A stretch of DNA of 64,000 nucleotides from Actinomycetota bacterium (GTDB lineage: Bacteria; Actinomycetota; Humimicrobiia; Humimicrobiales; Humimicrobiaceae). Below are positions 29,315 through 39,545 of the stretch, piece by piece (within the stretch, counting starts at the first letter, position 1; each line of letters starts with the position of its first letter). The stretch spans positions 4,190 to 68,189 of the forward strand of contig JAQUOE010000005.1 in NCBI GenBank assembly GCA_028717265.1. The letters are read 5' to 3'. The notes under the pieces were generated by a model that ran no database searches, had not been told where the DNA came from, and was given only the letters and a program-made list of their open reading frames with translations. The translations under genes and the position numbers were made by a program.

Positions 29315-30337
29315 ATGTATGCAGCTATAGACACAGGTACTACAAATACAAGGATTTATATTATTGATGATAATTATAGGGTAGTAAATAAGGCTGAAAA
29401 AAAAATTGGCGTTAGAGAAACTGCCATTACAGGTTCAAAAAAGAAACTCAAAGAAGGACTGTTATCATGTTTTGAAGATGCAGTAAGAAATTCCGGAGTT
29501 GGTACCAGTGATATAAAATTTATTTTAATCTCCGGTATGTTAACTTCAGAAATTGGCTTATTGGATATTCCTCATTTAAAAGCGCCTGTTGGGATCCAGG
29601 AGCTGGTTAGTAATGTTAAAATCATAAAGGATACAGAAATTTTTCCGGTTAGCATACCATTAATATTTATTCCCGGTATAAAAAATAATATAAAAGATAT
29701 GAATATTACAAATATTCGAAAAATAGATTTTATGAAAGGCGAAGAGACACAGGTATTTGGGATTCTTCAAAAGCTGAAACCTGAGTTACCATGTAACGTA
29801 ATATTTTTCAGCTCACACACAAAACTAATTCATATAAGTATAGGAGAAAAGATTGCAGGTAGTATCACTACACTCAGCGGGCAGATTTACGAAGCGATAA
29901 AAAAGCAAACGTTTATAGGGAAAAGTATTACTCATAACGATTATGGCGTGGTTGATGATTTCTTTTCTGCAAAACTTCTAAAAATTGCGCTGGAAAGTGT
30001 CGAAAATGCTGGATTTTTACGTTCATTGATGATGCCGCGTTTCATGGAAGTATTAATGGATACCACGAGTTACGAAAGGGAATTTTTCGTAAATGCAGTG
30101 ATCTCATCGGAAGACATAAAAATTTTGCATGAAGCAAAAAAATTAATGGGTTTTGATATTAATAATGCCCCGGTTATTCTTATCGGAAACAAAACAAGAT
30201 GCAGAATTTTTAAAGAGTTACTTAAGATTAATAAATTAAATCTTTCAGTTCGAAGTATTTGTGATAATGATTCAATAGATGAGTTCGTCGTTGAAGGTGG
30301 GAAAATGGTCGTTAAGCAAATGATCGATAGACCATGA
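29315..30337 (+). CDS. 2-dehydro-3-deoxygalactonokinase-like (DgoK family) sugar-acid kinase
   Basis: N-terminal AIDTGTTNTRIY and IFIPGI...MKGEETQVFGIL align with the DgoK AIDWGSTNLRAW / IIPGL...MRGEETQLIG blocks. Confidence 0.65.
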   Translation: MYAAIDTGTTNTRIYIIDDNYRVVNKAEKKIGVRETAITGSKKKLKEGLLSCFEDAVRNSGVGTSDIKFILISGMLTSEIGLLDIPHLKAPVGIQELVSNVKIIKDTEIFPVSIPLIFIPGIKNNIKDMNITNIRKIDFMKGEETQVFGILQKLKPELPCNVIFFSSHTKLIHISIGEKIAGSITTLSGQIYEAIKKQTFIGKSITHNDYGVVDDFFSAKLLKIALESVENAGFLRSLMMPRFMEVLMDTTSYEREFFVNAVISSEDIKILHEAKKLMGFDINNAPVILIGNKTRCRIFKELLKINKLNLSVRSICDNDSIDEFVVEGGKMVVKQMIDRP

Positions 30338-30476
30338 TTTTATGAATTTTTAAATGATTTAATTCTATTATCTTTTATCATTTAAGAAAACATTTTTTAA
30401 TCACTTTAAAAAATATCCTGTAACTTATATTGATAAAGGTAGTGCGATTAATAAATATGATATGAGTGAGAAAAAA

Positions 30477-31973
30477 TAATGCTAAATTGTGATGTTTTAA
30501 TAGTGGGCAGTGGTGTCGTAGGTTCCAGCGTTGCAAGAGAACTTTCTAAATATGAAATAGAAATAATATCAGTCGAGAAAAATTCTGATGTCGGATTCAG
30601 CAATACAAGCAGAGGAAGTGCCGGTTGGATTCATTCAGGTATTGGTTCCGGAGTCGGATTTTTTGGTGACCTTGCCAACAAATTGATAGTGCCTGGAAAT
30701 AGGATGATGGATCGGTTATGTAAAGAATTAGAGGTACCTTTTGCGCGAAAGGCCGAGATCTTCGTAGCAAGAAGCGAAGAAGCAGAAAAAGTTTTTAAAG
30801 ATTTCGAATCACAGGGTTTGAAAAACGGAGTAAAGGGCATAAAGATATTAAAGAAAGACGAACTTGTAGAAATAGAACCATATATAACGGAAAAAGCCAG
30901 ATCAGGTTTTTTCTCCCCGTCATCAGGAGTGGTCTCGCCCTGGGAACTAATATATGCTCAAGTCGAGAATTCTAAGGAAAATGGAGCCGAAGTTCTTTCA
31001 GGCACCGAAGTAAGAAATATTACCAGAGATAACAATGGAAAGTTAATCGTAGAAACGACTGATGGCGAAATAAGCACAAAATATGTAATAAATTCAGCAG
31101 GTCTGTGGGCAGATACTGTTGCCAGCATGGTCGGCGATAACACTTTCGAAATAATTCCAAGAAAAAGCCAGGCACTGATCACCGATAAGATATCAGGGAA
31201 ATTAGTGAAGAATATATTTTTTGATGCCAGCCAGTGGATAAAACCATATACAGGAACTTGTATCGGACCCTCAACAGAAGGCAATATTTTCATTACCGGA
31301 AATGATGCGGAGGCAAATTCAAAAACCGATATTGCTGACAGCGCCGGTGCCATAAAGAATATGATAAAATACGCGAGAGACCTGTTTCCTTCAATAACAT
31401 CTAAAGATATCATTAGATATTATACAGGTATTCGTGCCTTAAATACCCTGAAAAATGATTTTATCATTGAGCCATCAAAAGTATTGCCCCAGCTAATAAA
31501 TGTCCAGGCCGGGAGCGGGGGCATGACCTGTTGCATAGCTATAGCAAAATATGTGGCAGAGATATTAAAAAAAGAAGGCTTGAACCTGGTCAATAAATCC
31601 GATTTCAATCCAAATAGAAAAGCCATACCCAGACCAGTAGAGTCATCAGAAGAGGAAATTACGGAACTTATAAAGAAAGACCCAAGATATGGGCATATCG
31701 TTTGTCGCTGTGAGCATGTTAGCGAAGGAGAAATTGTAGAGGCTATAAAAAGGGGAGCCAGGACTGTGGACGGTATAAAATTCAGGACAAGAGCCGGGAT
31801 GGGTCGCTGTCAGGGTGGCTTCTGCTCTTCCCGTATTCTTAAAATCATTTCGCGTGAATTAAATGTTCCGGTGACCAGCATCAATCAAAAAGAAAAGGAT
31901 AGTGAACTTGTCTTATTTAAGACTAAAGATTTACTGACAATCGGAAAGAAAGATGGTCATGAATAGTAAAAAA
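30477..31973. repeat. ~1.5 kb perfect direct repeat, copy A
   Basis: Sequence identical to 34395..35891 (offset 3918). Spans the entire glpA-like ORF plus the first ~20 nt of the partner gene. Confidence 0.9.
30479..31966 (+). CDS. FAD-dependent oxidoreductase with C-terminal BFD-like [2Fe-2S] domain (GlpA-like), copy 1
   Basis: VLIVGSGVVGSSVA dinucleotide fold. C-terminal CRCEHVSEGEIVEAIKRG...GRCQGGFC BFD-like cysteine motif. Confidence 0.75.
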   Translation: MLNCDVLIVGSGVVGSSVARELSKYEIEIISVEKNSDVGFSNTSRGSAGWIHSGIGSGVGFFGDLANKLIVPGNRMMDRLCKELEVPFARKAEIFVARSEEAEKVFKDFESQGLKNGVKGIKILKKDELVEIEPYITEKARSGFFSPSSGVVSPWELIYAQVENSKENGAEVLSGTEVRNITRDNNGKLIVETTDGEISTKYVINSAGLWADTVASMVGDNTFEIIPRKSQALITDKISGKLVKNIFFDASQWIKPYTGTCIGPSTEGNIFITGNDAEANSKTDIADSAGAIKNMIKYARDLFPSITSKDIIRYYTGIRALNTLKNDFIIEPSKVLPQLINVQAGSGGMTCCIAIAKYVAEILKKEGLNLVNKSDFNPNRKAIPRPVESSEEEITELIKKDPRYGHIVCRCEHVSEGEIVEAIKRGARTVDGIKFRTRAGMGRCQGGFCSSRILKIISRELNVPVTSINQKEKDSELVLFKTKDLLTIGKKDGHE

Positions 31974-33230
31974 TTAGATATGTTAATCATAGGCGGAGGT
32001 CCGGCCGGATTAGCTGCAGCTATTAAAGCTAAAGAAAGCGGGATTGATAATTTAATGGTAATAGAGAGATCCGAGGAATTAGGAGGTCTGTTACATCAAT
32101 GCATACACAACGGATTCGGATTGCACTATTTCAAAGAAGATCTAACAGGTCCTGAATATGCTTTAAAGTTTATAAACAAAGTAGATAAACTTGGTATCAA
32201 TTATCTTTTAAAGACAATGGTATTGGATATTACACCTGATAAAAATGTGTTTGCCATTAATTCTGAAAATGGATTAATAAAATTTTCACCTAAGACTATT
32301 GTACTGGCTATGGGTTGCAGAGAAAGAACGAGATACAACATATTAATACCCGGTACAAGACCGGCGGGTATTTTTACGGCCGGTAATGCCCAGAGACTGA
32401 TTAATGTCGAAGGTTATATACCTGGCGATCAAGTTGTAATCTTAGGATCCGGTGATATCGGTATGATAATGGCACGCCGATTGACACTTGAGGGGGCCGA
32501 AGTTAAAGCTGTTGTAGAAATTTTACCATACATAGGCGGTCTTATTAGAAATGAAGTTCAGTGTTTGAATGATTTTAATATCCCTACTTTTTTGGAACAT
32601 ACGGTCACTGAGGTTTATGGATCAGACAGGATAGAAGGTGTAGAAATAAATCGTATCGATAAAAATGGGAAAAAAACACTCAGTACGGGTAGATACATAA
32701 AATGCAATACTCTTCTTCTGTCTGTCGGTTTGATACCGGAAAACGAGCTTTCGATTAAGGCAGGGGTAGAAATCGACCAGGTAACAGGCGGGCCTATTAT
32801 AGATGAAAATATGCAGACAAATGTTCCAGGAATATTTGCCGGTGGTAATGTTGTTCACGTTCTTGATTTAGCAGACAATGTAAGCCTGGAATCAGAAATT
32901 GCCGGATTAAGTGCTTCAAAGTATTTATCGGGCGAACTTCACCGTTCACATAAAAAAATAAAAGTAAGTGCCGGCAAAGGTATAAGATATGTTGTCCCTC
33001 ATTACATAAGCGGCAAAGAGGGGATCAATCTGTATATGAGAGTCTCAAATCCGGAAGAAAATGCAACTCTTAAAATTACGGATAAATTTAATAATAAAAT
33101 TATTTATGAGAAAAAATTTCAAGCTTTAAAGCCCAGCGAAATGGTATGTACCATGATTACTGAAGATAATATTAATCTTATAAATAATGAATCCGGTGAA
33201 ATTATCATATCCTGTAATAAGAAAGAATAA
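31953..33230 (+). CDS. NAD(P)/FAD-dependent oxidoreductase (pyridine nucleotide-disulfide family) partner subunit
   Basis: IIGGGPAGLAAA and ILGSGDIGM dual dinucleotide folds. Start overlaps the upstream gene's stop. Confidence 0.7.
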   Translation: MVMNSKKLDMLIIGGGPAGLAAAIKAKESGIDNLMVIERSEELGGLLHQCIHNGFGLHYFKEDLTGPEYALKFINKVDKLGINYLLKTMVLDITPDKNVFAINSENGLIKFSPKTIVLAMGCRERTRYNILIPGTRPAGIFTAGNAQRLINVEGYIPGDQVVILGSGDIGMIMARRLTLEGAEVKAVVEILPYIGGLIRNEVQCLNDFNIPTFLEHTVTEVYGSDRIEGVEINRIDKNGKKTLSTGRYIKCNTLLLSVGLIPENELSIKAGVEIDQVTGGPIIDENMQTNVPGIFAGGNVVHVLDLADNVSLESEIAGLSASKYLSGELHRSHKKIKVSAGKGIRYVVPHYISGKEGINLYMRVSNPEENATLKITDKFNNKIIYEKKFQALKPSEMVCTMITEDNINLINNESGEIIISCNKKE

Positions 33231-33232
33231 AA

Positions 33233-33604
33233 ATGAATATAAAAAAAATCATATGTCTGGGGTGTCCCCTTGCTTGTAATATTAACGTAGAAATTAATAA
33301 AGATGAGATAATGAGAGTCAGGGGAGCTAAATGTAAAGTTGGGAAAAAGTATGCAATTCAGGAGTGTAAAGAACCAAGGCGCGTACTCACAACTACCATA
33401 AGGACTACAGAAGCAGACAGACCTCTTTTACCGGTAAGGACCGGAGATTCCATACCGAAAGAATCGATCGCTGAATGCATGAAAATTATGTCAAAGAAGA
33501 TAATAAGTCCGACTATAAAAGCCGGTGATATTGTAATAGAAAATATATCAGGTACCGGCGTGAATGTAATAGCGACCGGAAATCTTTTTGGTTCAGAAAA
33601 GTAA
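33233..33604 (+). CDS. DUF1667-like Cys-rich small subunit
   Basis: CLGCPLAC...C..G motif. Third member of the GlpA-like triad seen in anaerobes. Confidence 0.6.
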   Translation: MNIKKIICLGCPLACNINVEINKDEIMRVRGAKCKVGKKYAIQECKEPRRVLTTTIRTTEADRPLLPVRTGDSIPKESIAECMKIMSKKIISPTIKAGDIVIENISGTGVNVIATGNLFGSEK

Positions 33605-33639
33605 GAATATTTTAAAAATAAAAAAAGTAGGAGGTAATC

Positions 33640-34305
33640 ATGTTTGCATTAATTTCTTACCCGATCGGGGAAAAAGAGACCGTTCCATATAAAATAGAGC
33701 CCAAACCAAAATTAATCCCTAAAGCACGAATTTCAAAAGGTGATATAAATAATACAAGTATGCTGGAAATGAGTGTTCATGGGGGTACTCATATTGACGT
33801 TCCTTTTCATACAGACCCAAACGGATTGACGATAGATAAAATGGATATCCAGGATTTTATATTTGAAAGTCCTCTGCTGATAGAATGCCGGAAAAGTGAT
33901 TTTGAAACAATAACCAGGGAAGATTTGATCCCATTTTGCAAAGATTTAGAAAAAGCCGATTTTTTAATGATATATTCAGGTTTTAGTGAGTACAGATTTA
34001 CTGATTCAGATAGGTTTATCAATAACTCATGCGGTATTTCAAAAGATGGAGCTGAATATCTCGTAAATAATTTTAATTTAAGAGGCGTGATGGTTGATTT
34101 TCTTGGAGTCGAGAATATAAATGAAGGTCTTGAAAAAGGTTTCAAGGCTCATGAGGTATTCTTAGCAAGGGGAAAGAAATTTATTGTTGTAGAAGATGGA
34201 AATTTTAAGCATATTTTAAATAAAGAAATAAAAAGAGTATTTATCATACCTTTGATGCTGGTAGGTGCAGAAGCGTCTCCGGTTACTGCATTTGTTGAAA
34301 TATAA
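33640..34305 (+). CDS. cyclase-family protein, paralogue 2
   Basis: HGGTHIDVPFH motif. Strong RBS ggagg. Confidence 0.75.
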   Translation: MFALISYPIGEKETVPYKIEPKPKLIPKARISKGDINNTSMLEMSVHGGTHIDVPFHTDPNGLTIDKMDIQDFIFESPLLIECRKSDFETITREDLIPFCKDLEKADFLMIYSGFSEYRFTDSDRFINNSCGISKDGAEYLVNNFNLRGVMVDFLGVENINEGLEKGFKAHEVFLARGKKFIVVEDGNFKHILNKEIKRVFIIPLMLVGAEASPVTAFVEI

Positions 34306-34338
34306 AAAACAGTGTGAATGTTTGTAGTAAGATTTTTA

Positions 34339-34358
34339 TACTCCGGATATCCGGAGTA
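34339..34358. promoter_or_regulatory. perfect 20-bp palindrome TACTCCGGATATCCGGAGTA at the junction upstream of repeat copy B
   Basis: Seen directly. Confidence 0.3.
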
Positions 34359-34394
34359 GATACTTAAAGCAATGAATAAAATTAGAACGAGTTA

Positions 34395-35891
34395 AAATGC
34401 TAAATTGTGATGTTTTAATAGTGGGCAGTGGTGTCGTAGGTTCCAGCGTTGCAAGAGAACTTTCTAAATATGAAATAGAAATAATATCAGTCGAGAAAAA
34501 TTCTGATGTCGGATTCAGCAATACAAGCAGAGGAAGTGCCGGTTGGATTCATTCAGGTATTGGTTCCGGAGTCGGATTTTTTGGTGACCTTGCCAACAAA
34601 TTGATAGTGCCTGGAAATAGGATGATGGATCGGTTATGTAAAGAATTAGAGGTACCTTTTGCGCGAAAGGCCGAGATCTTCGTAGCAAGAAGCGAAGAAG
34701 CAGAAAAAGTTTTTAAAGATTTCGAATCACAGGGTTTGAAAAACGGAGTAAAGGGCATAAAGATATTAAAGAAAGACGAACTTGTAGAAATAGAACCATA
34801 TATAACGGAAAAAGCCAGATCAGGTTTTTTCTCCCCGTCATCAGGAGTGGTCTCGCCCTGGGAACTAATATATGCTCAAGTCGAGAATTCTAAGGAAAAT
34901 GGAGCCGAAGTTCTTTCAGGCACCGAAGTAAGAAATATTACCAGAGATAACAATGGAAAGTTAATCGTAGAAACGACTGATGGCGAAATAAGCACAAAAT
35001 ATGTAATAAATTCAGCAGGTCTGTGGGCAGATACTGTTGCCAGCATGGTCGGCGATAACACTTTCGAAATAATTCCAAGAAAAAGCCAGGCACTGATCAC
35101 CGATAAGATATCAGGGAAATTAGTGAAGAATATATTTTTTGATGCCAGCCAGTGGATAAAACCATATACAGGAACTTGTATCGGACCCTCAACAGAAGGC
35201 AATATTTTCATTACCGGAAATGATGCGGAGGCAAATTCAAAAACCGATATTGCTGACAGCGCCGGTGCCATAAAGAATATGATAAAATACGCGAGAGACC
35301 TGTTTCCTTCAATAACATCTAAAGATATCATTAGATATTATACAGGTATTCGTGCCTTAAATACCCTGAAAAATGATTTTATCATTGAGCCATCAAAAGT
35401 ATTGCCCCAGCTAATAAATGTCCAGGCCGGGAGCGGGGGCATGACCTGTTGCATAGCTATAGCAAAATATGTGGCAGAGATATTAAAAAAAGAAGGCTTG
35501 AACCTGGTCAATAAATCCGATTTCAATCCAAATAGAAAAGCCATACCCAGACCAGTAGAGTCATCAGAAGAGGAAATTACGGAACTTATAAAGAAAGACC
35601 CAAGATATGGGCATATCGTTTGTCGCTGTGAGCATGTTAGCGAAGGAGAAATTGTAGAGGCTATAAAAAGGGGAGCCAGGACTGTGGACGGTATAAAATT
35701 CAGGACAAGAGCCGGGATGGGTCGCTGTCAGGGTGGCTTCTGCTCTTCCCGTATTCTTAAAATCATTTCGCGTGAATTAAATGTTCCGGTGACCAGCATC
35801 AATCAAAAAGAAAAGGATAGTGAACTTGTCTTATTTAAGACTAAAGATTTACTGACAATCGGAAAGAAAGATGGTCATGAATAGTAAAAGG
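34395..35891. repeat. ~1.5 kb perfect direct repeat, copy B
   Basis: Identical to 30477..31973. Confidence 0.9.
34397..35884 (+). CDS. FAD-dependent oxidoreductase with BFD-like domain (GlpA-like), copy 2
   Basis: Protein 100% identical to copy 1. Followed only by a vestigial 'MVMNSK...' start of the partner gene. Confidence 0.75.
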   Translation: MLNCDVLIVGSGVVGSSVARELSKYEIEIISVEKNSDVGFSNTSRGSAGWIHSGIGSGVGFFGDLANKLIVPGNRMMDRLCKELEVPFARKAEIFVARSEEAEKVFKDFESQGLKNGVKGIKILKKDELVEIEPYITEKARSGFFSPSSGVVSPWELIYAQVENSKENGAEVLSGTEVRNITRDNNGKLIVETTDGEISTKYVINSAGLWADTVASMVGDNTFEIIPRKSQALITDKISGKLVKNIFFDASQWIKPYTGTCIGPSTEGNIFITGNDAEANSKTDIADSAGAIKNMIKYARDLFPSITSKDIIRYYTGIRALNTLKNDFIIEPSKVLPQLINVQAGSGGMTCCIAIAKYVAEILKKEGLNLVNKSDFNPNRKAIPRPVESSEEEITELIKKDPRYGHIVCRCEHVSEGEIVEAIKRGARTVDGIKFRTRAGMGRCQGGFCSSRILKIISRELNVPVTSINQKEKDSELVLFKTKDLLTIGKKDGHE

Positions 35892-35996
35892 CGGAAATTT
35901 TTGTATTTTATTGTATAAGCGAGAAAGGACAAAAATTTTATTTCCAGACATATTTAAAACTAATTTGAAAAATAAATCATAGGGAAATATATTGAG

Positions 35997-36887
35997 ATGG
36001 TATTGATATCAGCTTTTCCAAAATGTTGGTTAGAAGACATTTCAGAAGGAAGGATGGATTTATTTGAGTGGATAGAAATCTCAAAAAATCTTGATTGCGA
36101 TGGTTTAGAAATTTATTATCGTTTTTTGAAATGTTTGAAATCGGATTATTTAAAAAGAGTCAGGAGGAAAGTCGAAGAACTCAATATGACTATCCCTATG
36201 ATATGTTATTCTTCTGATTTTACAAATCCGGAAAGAGGTATCAGAAAAAAAGAAATAAAAAAGCAGATAGATTTTATCAAGATTACCTCCGAACTTGGCG
36301 GCAGTTATTGCCGTATTCTTTCGGGTCAGGGGCGCCCGGGAGTGTCAGATGAACTGGCCACAAAATGGGTGATTGATTGCATTGAGTCATGTTTGGGAGC
36401 TGCCGAGGATAATGATATTTGCCTGGTTTTAGAAAATCACTATAAAGACAGTTATTGGAAGTTTAAGGAATTTGCCCAAAAAAAAGATATTTTCTTAGGA
36501 ATAGTCAATAGAATCGATTCACAATATTTTGGAGTTCAATATGATCCCTCTAATGCAATTGTAGCCGGTGAGGACCCGATAGATCTTTTGGATGAAGTAT
36601 TGGATAGAGTTAAAACAATGCACGCCAGTGATAGATATCTGAGACCAGGTTTTTCTTTGGATGACATTATTAAGGCAGATGGGGATCCCGGTTACTCCAA
36701 AGGTCTCGTGCATGGTGTTGTTGGTGAAGGACTGAATGATTATGACGCCATATTTAGCAGATTATCCGGTGTAAAATTTAACGGCTGGATTTCAATAGAA
36801 GATGGCATGAATGGTTTTCACGAAATGGAAAAATCAGTTAAGTTCTTAAAAAAAATGAGAGATAAATATTTTGCCGGTAATGTCTGA
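35997..36887 (+). CDS. xylose-isomerase-like TIM-barrel sugar (phosphate) isomerase/epimerase, family A paralogue 1
   Basis: AP_endonuc_2-like TIM barrel. ~60% identical paralogue of 62195..63085 (shared SAFPKCW...ISIEDGMNGF). Confidence 0.75.
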   Translation: MVLISAFPKCWLEDISEGRMDLFEWIEISKNLDCDGLEIYYRFLKCLKSDYLKRVRRKVEELNMTIPMICYSSDFTNPERGIRKKEIKKQIDFIKITSELGGSYCRILSGQGRPGVSDELATKWVIDCIESCLGAAEDNDICLVLENHYKDSYWKFKEFAQKKDIFLGIVNRIDSQYFGVQYDPSNAIVAGEDPIDLLDEVLDRVKTMHASDRYLRPGFSLDDIIKADGDPGYSKGLVHGVVGEGLNDYDAIFSRLSGVKFNGWISIEDGMNGFHEMEKSVKFLKKMRDKYFAGNV

Positions 36888-36998
36888 TAATCTATGGCCA
36901 TTATAACTGTTCCTGATTTCAGTTTATCCCGATACTTTCATTCATCACCAGCTTTGAACCATTTTTCCGGCATCTTTGAGCCAGTTATTTGCTCTATA

Positions 36999-37478
36999 TT
37001 AAGAATTAATAAGTTCGTAACTGTGGCTATATATTTCAAATACTATTCCAAAAGGGTCTTCCACAAAACACATTCTATAAGAATTTTTACCTTTATTAAA
37101 ATATCTTACAGGCATCCTTTGCTTACCACCGGATTCCACAATCTTCTTTATAAGTTCTTCAAGGTCAGGATCTTTTATGCAGAAGTGAAACAGGCCTGTT
37201 TTTGAGTAGCTAAAACTGTCGGTTGTCGGTTTATTATCGGAAAATTCGAATATCTCTATACCTATGCCATCACCGGTTGACATATGGGCAACTTTAAATT
37301 TGGACCATTTTTCCCCGAATACGTCTCTTGCCATTAAACAATCCTCTGAATCGGTATTTTCAATTGTTTCCGGCTCCTTTATGATGTACCAGCCCATAAC
37401 TTCATTATAAAATTTTAAAGCCTTGTCTAAATTCGGTACGGAAAGACCAATATGGGCGAGTGTTCTGGGATAAGTCAT
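36999..37478 (-). CDS. VOC-family (glyoxalase/bleomycin-resistance fold) protein, paralogue 1
   Basis: AHIGLSVPNLDKALKFY start and paired beta-alpha-beta-beta-beta modules. Confidence 0.7.
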   Translation of the reverse strand: MTYPRTLAHIGLSVPNLDKALKFYNEVMGWYIIKEPETIENTDSEDCLMARDVFGEKWSKFKVAHMSTGDGIGIEIFEFSDNKPTTDSFSYSKTGLFHFCIKDPDLEELIKKIVESGGKQRMPVRYFNKGKNSYRMCFVEDPFGIVFEIYSHSYELINS

Positions 37479-37611
37479 ATTGCAGCTCCTTTTCTTATAG
37501 AGGTTAATAATATATACGAACTTTTTACTTAAAGCTAATTAATAAGAATCAATTCTGATTAAAAAACTTTTTGTGCTTCTTTTTTATAATAGTATTGAAT
37601 TTTGTATAAAC

Positions 37612-38361
37612 TTATATTACTTCAACCCCAAGATCTGTTATTTTTTTATATAAATTCTCGGGAAGGTTTGAGTCAACGATTACCTTATCGAAAATAGAAA
37701 TACTGCCAATGCTGCTTATATTTATTTTACTGAATTTTGTACTATCTGCTATTAATACTTTATATTCTGCTTTCATAAGCAGCTTCATTTTTAAATTGGC
37801 TAATTCAAAACTTGTAATCATAACATTCATTTCTGAAGATATTGAATCGCATGCCATAAAGGCTATATTAGCATGTATTTCTTCAATAGTTTTTTCAGCT
37901 AACGGACCTATAAGACTATTTGTATCTAAATGCAATTTACCTCCCGTAAGTATTACAACCACGTTTTTTACATTAGATAATTGTCTTGCAATATAAATAG
38001 AAGGAGTTATTACTGTTAATTTTTTAACTTCTCTTATATTTCTGGCCAGCATAGATGATGTTGAGCCTGAATCAATTATTATAATTTGGTTGTCTTTTAT
38101 TAATTCGGCTGCTTTTCTGGCTATTTCCTCCTTTTTCTCCCTGTTAATATTCAATCTGCTTTCAAAGGAAGGTCTGGCATAGTCGAGTGATGTTGCACCA
38201 CCGTGCCATCTTTCAATCAGGCCTATCTTTTCCAAGTCCAATAGATCACGCCTGAGGGTAGAAGTGGGTATGTCTGTTTCTTTTTTCAAATTTTGGATTG
38301 TTATGAAACCTTTTTCAATTATAGTTGTTTTTAATTTGTCCAGCCTGTCTTTTTTCTTCAA
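37612..38361 (-). CDS. DeoR/GlpR-family transcriptional regulator
   Basis: N-terminal DeoR HTH (ITIQNLKKETDIPTSTLRRDLLDLE) and a C-terminal DeoR sugar-binding domain. Confidence 0.8.
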   Translation of the reverse strand: MKKKDRLDKLKTTIIEKGFITIQNLKKETDIPTSTLRRDLLDLEKIGLIERWHGGATSLDYARPSFESRLNINREKKEEIARKAAELIKDNQIIIIDSGSTSSMLARNIREVKKLTVITPSIYIARQLSNVKNVVVILTGGKLHLDTNSLIGPLAEKTIEEIHANIAFMACDSISSEMNVMITSFELANLKMKLLMKAEYKVLIADSTKFSKINISSIGSISIFDKVIVDSNLPENLYKKITDLGVEVI

Positions 38362-38635
38362 TTTTCAATAAATTTTGTAAAAATGATAAATTTTAAATAA
38401 TAAAATATTATACATGTGTTATTAATATTGACAAGTATTTTGACAATTATTATTATTTATGATATATATTATAACTAATTAGTTCATAAATGTGAATAAA
38501 TTAGTTAATAATTCTTGATTATCTGATTTTGTTTTTAAATAGGAGCTTCATGTCTGATTTAACATATGGTTTAAAATAATATTCCTTTATTATCTAAAGA
38601 AGATTAATAACATATTTAAAATAAAGAGGCAGAAA

Positions 38636-39517
38636 ATGAGTAAAGAAATTAAAGGGATTATCCCGCCATTATTAACCAGTTTTGATAAGAATGGCAATAT
38701 ATATAAAAAGGGACAGAGAGAAATAATAGAATTCATATTGCCATACATCGATGGCGTGTATCCGTGTGGAACATATGGCTCTGGCCCTCTCATGAGTTCT
38801 GATGAGCGCAAGACAGTTGCAGAGATAATTATTGAACAAATAAACGGAAGAGTTCCCGTCATTATACATGTTGGAGCTGCAAGCACGAGAGAAACGGTTG
38901 AACTGGCAAAACATGCCGCAAAAGCTGGCGCAGATGCAGTGGGTGCTATTGCCCCTTACTATTACAGTTATAATGAAAAGGAATTATTAAATCATTATAA
39001 AATATTAATCGACTCGGTGAATATACCTGTATTTTTGTATAATAATCCACATACTTCAGGTAATAGTATTTCTCCCGGGGTATTGAACGAGCTGGCAAAA
39101 TATAATCTTGCGGGGATAAAAGATAGTGCTTTTGACCTGGTTAATTTTTATTTATACCAGATTGAAGTAGATAATCCGAATTTCAAATTTATTATTGGAA
39201 CTGAAGCTATAGCAATGGCTTCTTTCATGTCCGGCGCAAAAGCAGCAATTTGTGGCGTTGCCAATGTGATACCGGAACCGCTTCATAAATTTTGGGAATT
39301 AGTTCAGAGAAAGGAATGGGAAGAAGCACAAAAATTTCAGATGGAAATACTTAAAATAAGAAAAGTTATGAAAATGGGATCAACACTCACAAATTGTTAT
39401 GCTATTTTAAAAATCAGGGGCATAGATAGCGGTTGGCCGCGGATGCCATATCTTCCGGTAGATGATATGCTGCAGAATAAAATAAAAGCTGAATTGTTAA
39501 AGCTTAATGTTATTTAA
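38636..39517 (+). CDS. DHDPS/NAL-family class I aldolase, paralogue 2
   Basis: IIPPLLTSF, GVYPCGTYGSG, and the Lys context GIKDSAFD. Confidence 0.8.
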   Translation: MSKEIKGIIPPLLTSFDKNGNIYKKGQREIIEFILPYIDGVYPCGTYGSGPLMSSDERKTVAEIIIEQINGRVPVIIHVGAASTRETVELAKHAAKAGADAVGAIAPYYYSYNEKELLNHYKILIDSVNIPVFLYNNPHTSGNSISPGVLNELAKYNLAGIKDSAFDLVNFYLYQIEVDNPNFKFIIGTEAIAMASFMSGAKAAICGVANVIPEPLHKFWELVQRKEWEEAQKFQMEILKIRKVMKMGSTLTNCYAILKIRGIDSGWPRMPYLPVDDMLQNKIKAELLKLNVI

Positions 39518-39545
39518 GCCGGATAAATGAAAAAATATTAAAAGT

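Noticed and set aside
36894-37205. 103-aa plus-strand ORF overlapping the 3' end of the minus-strand VOC gene
   Set aside because: Overlaps a motif-bearing VOC CDS on the other strand. No start context or RBS.
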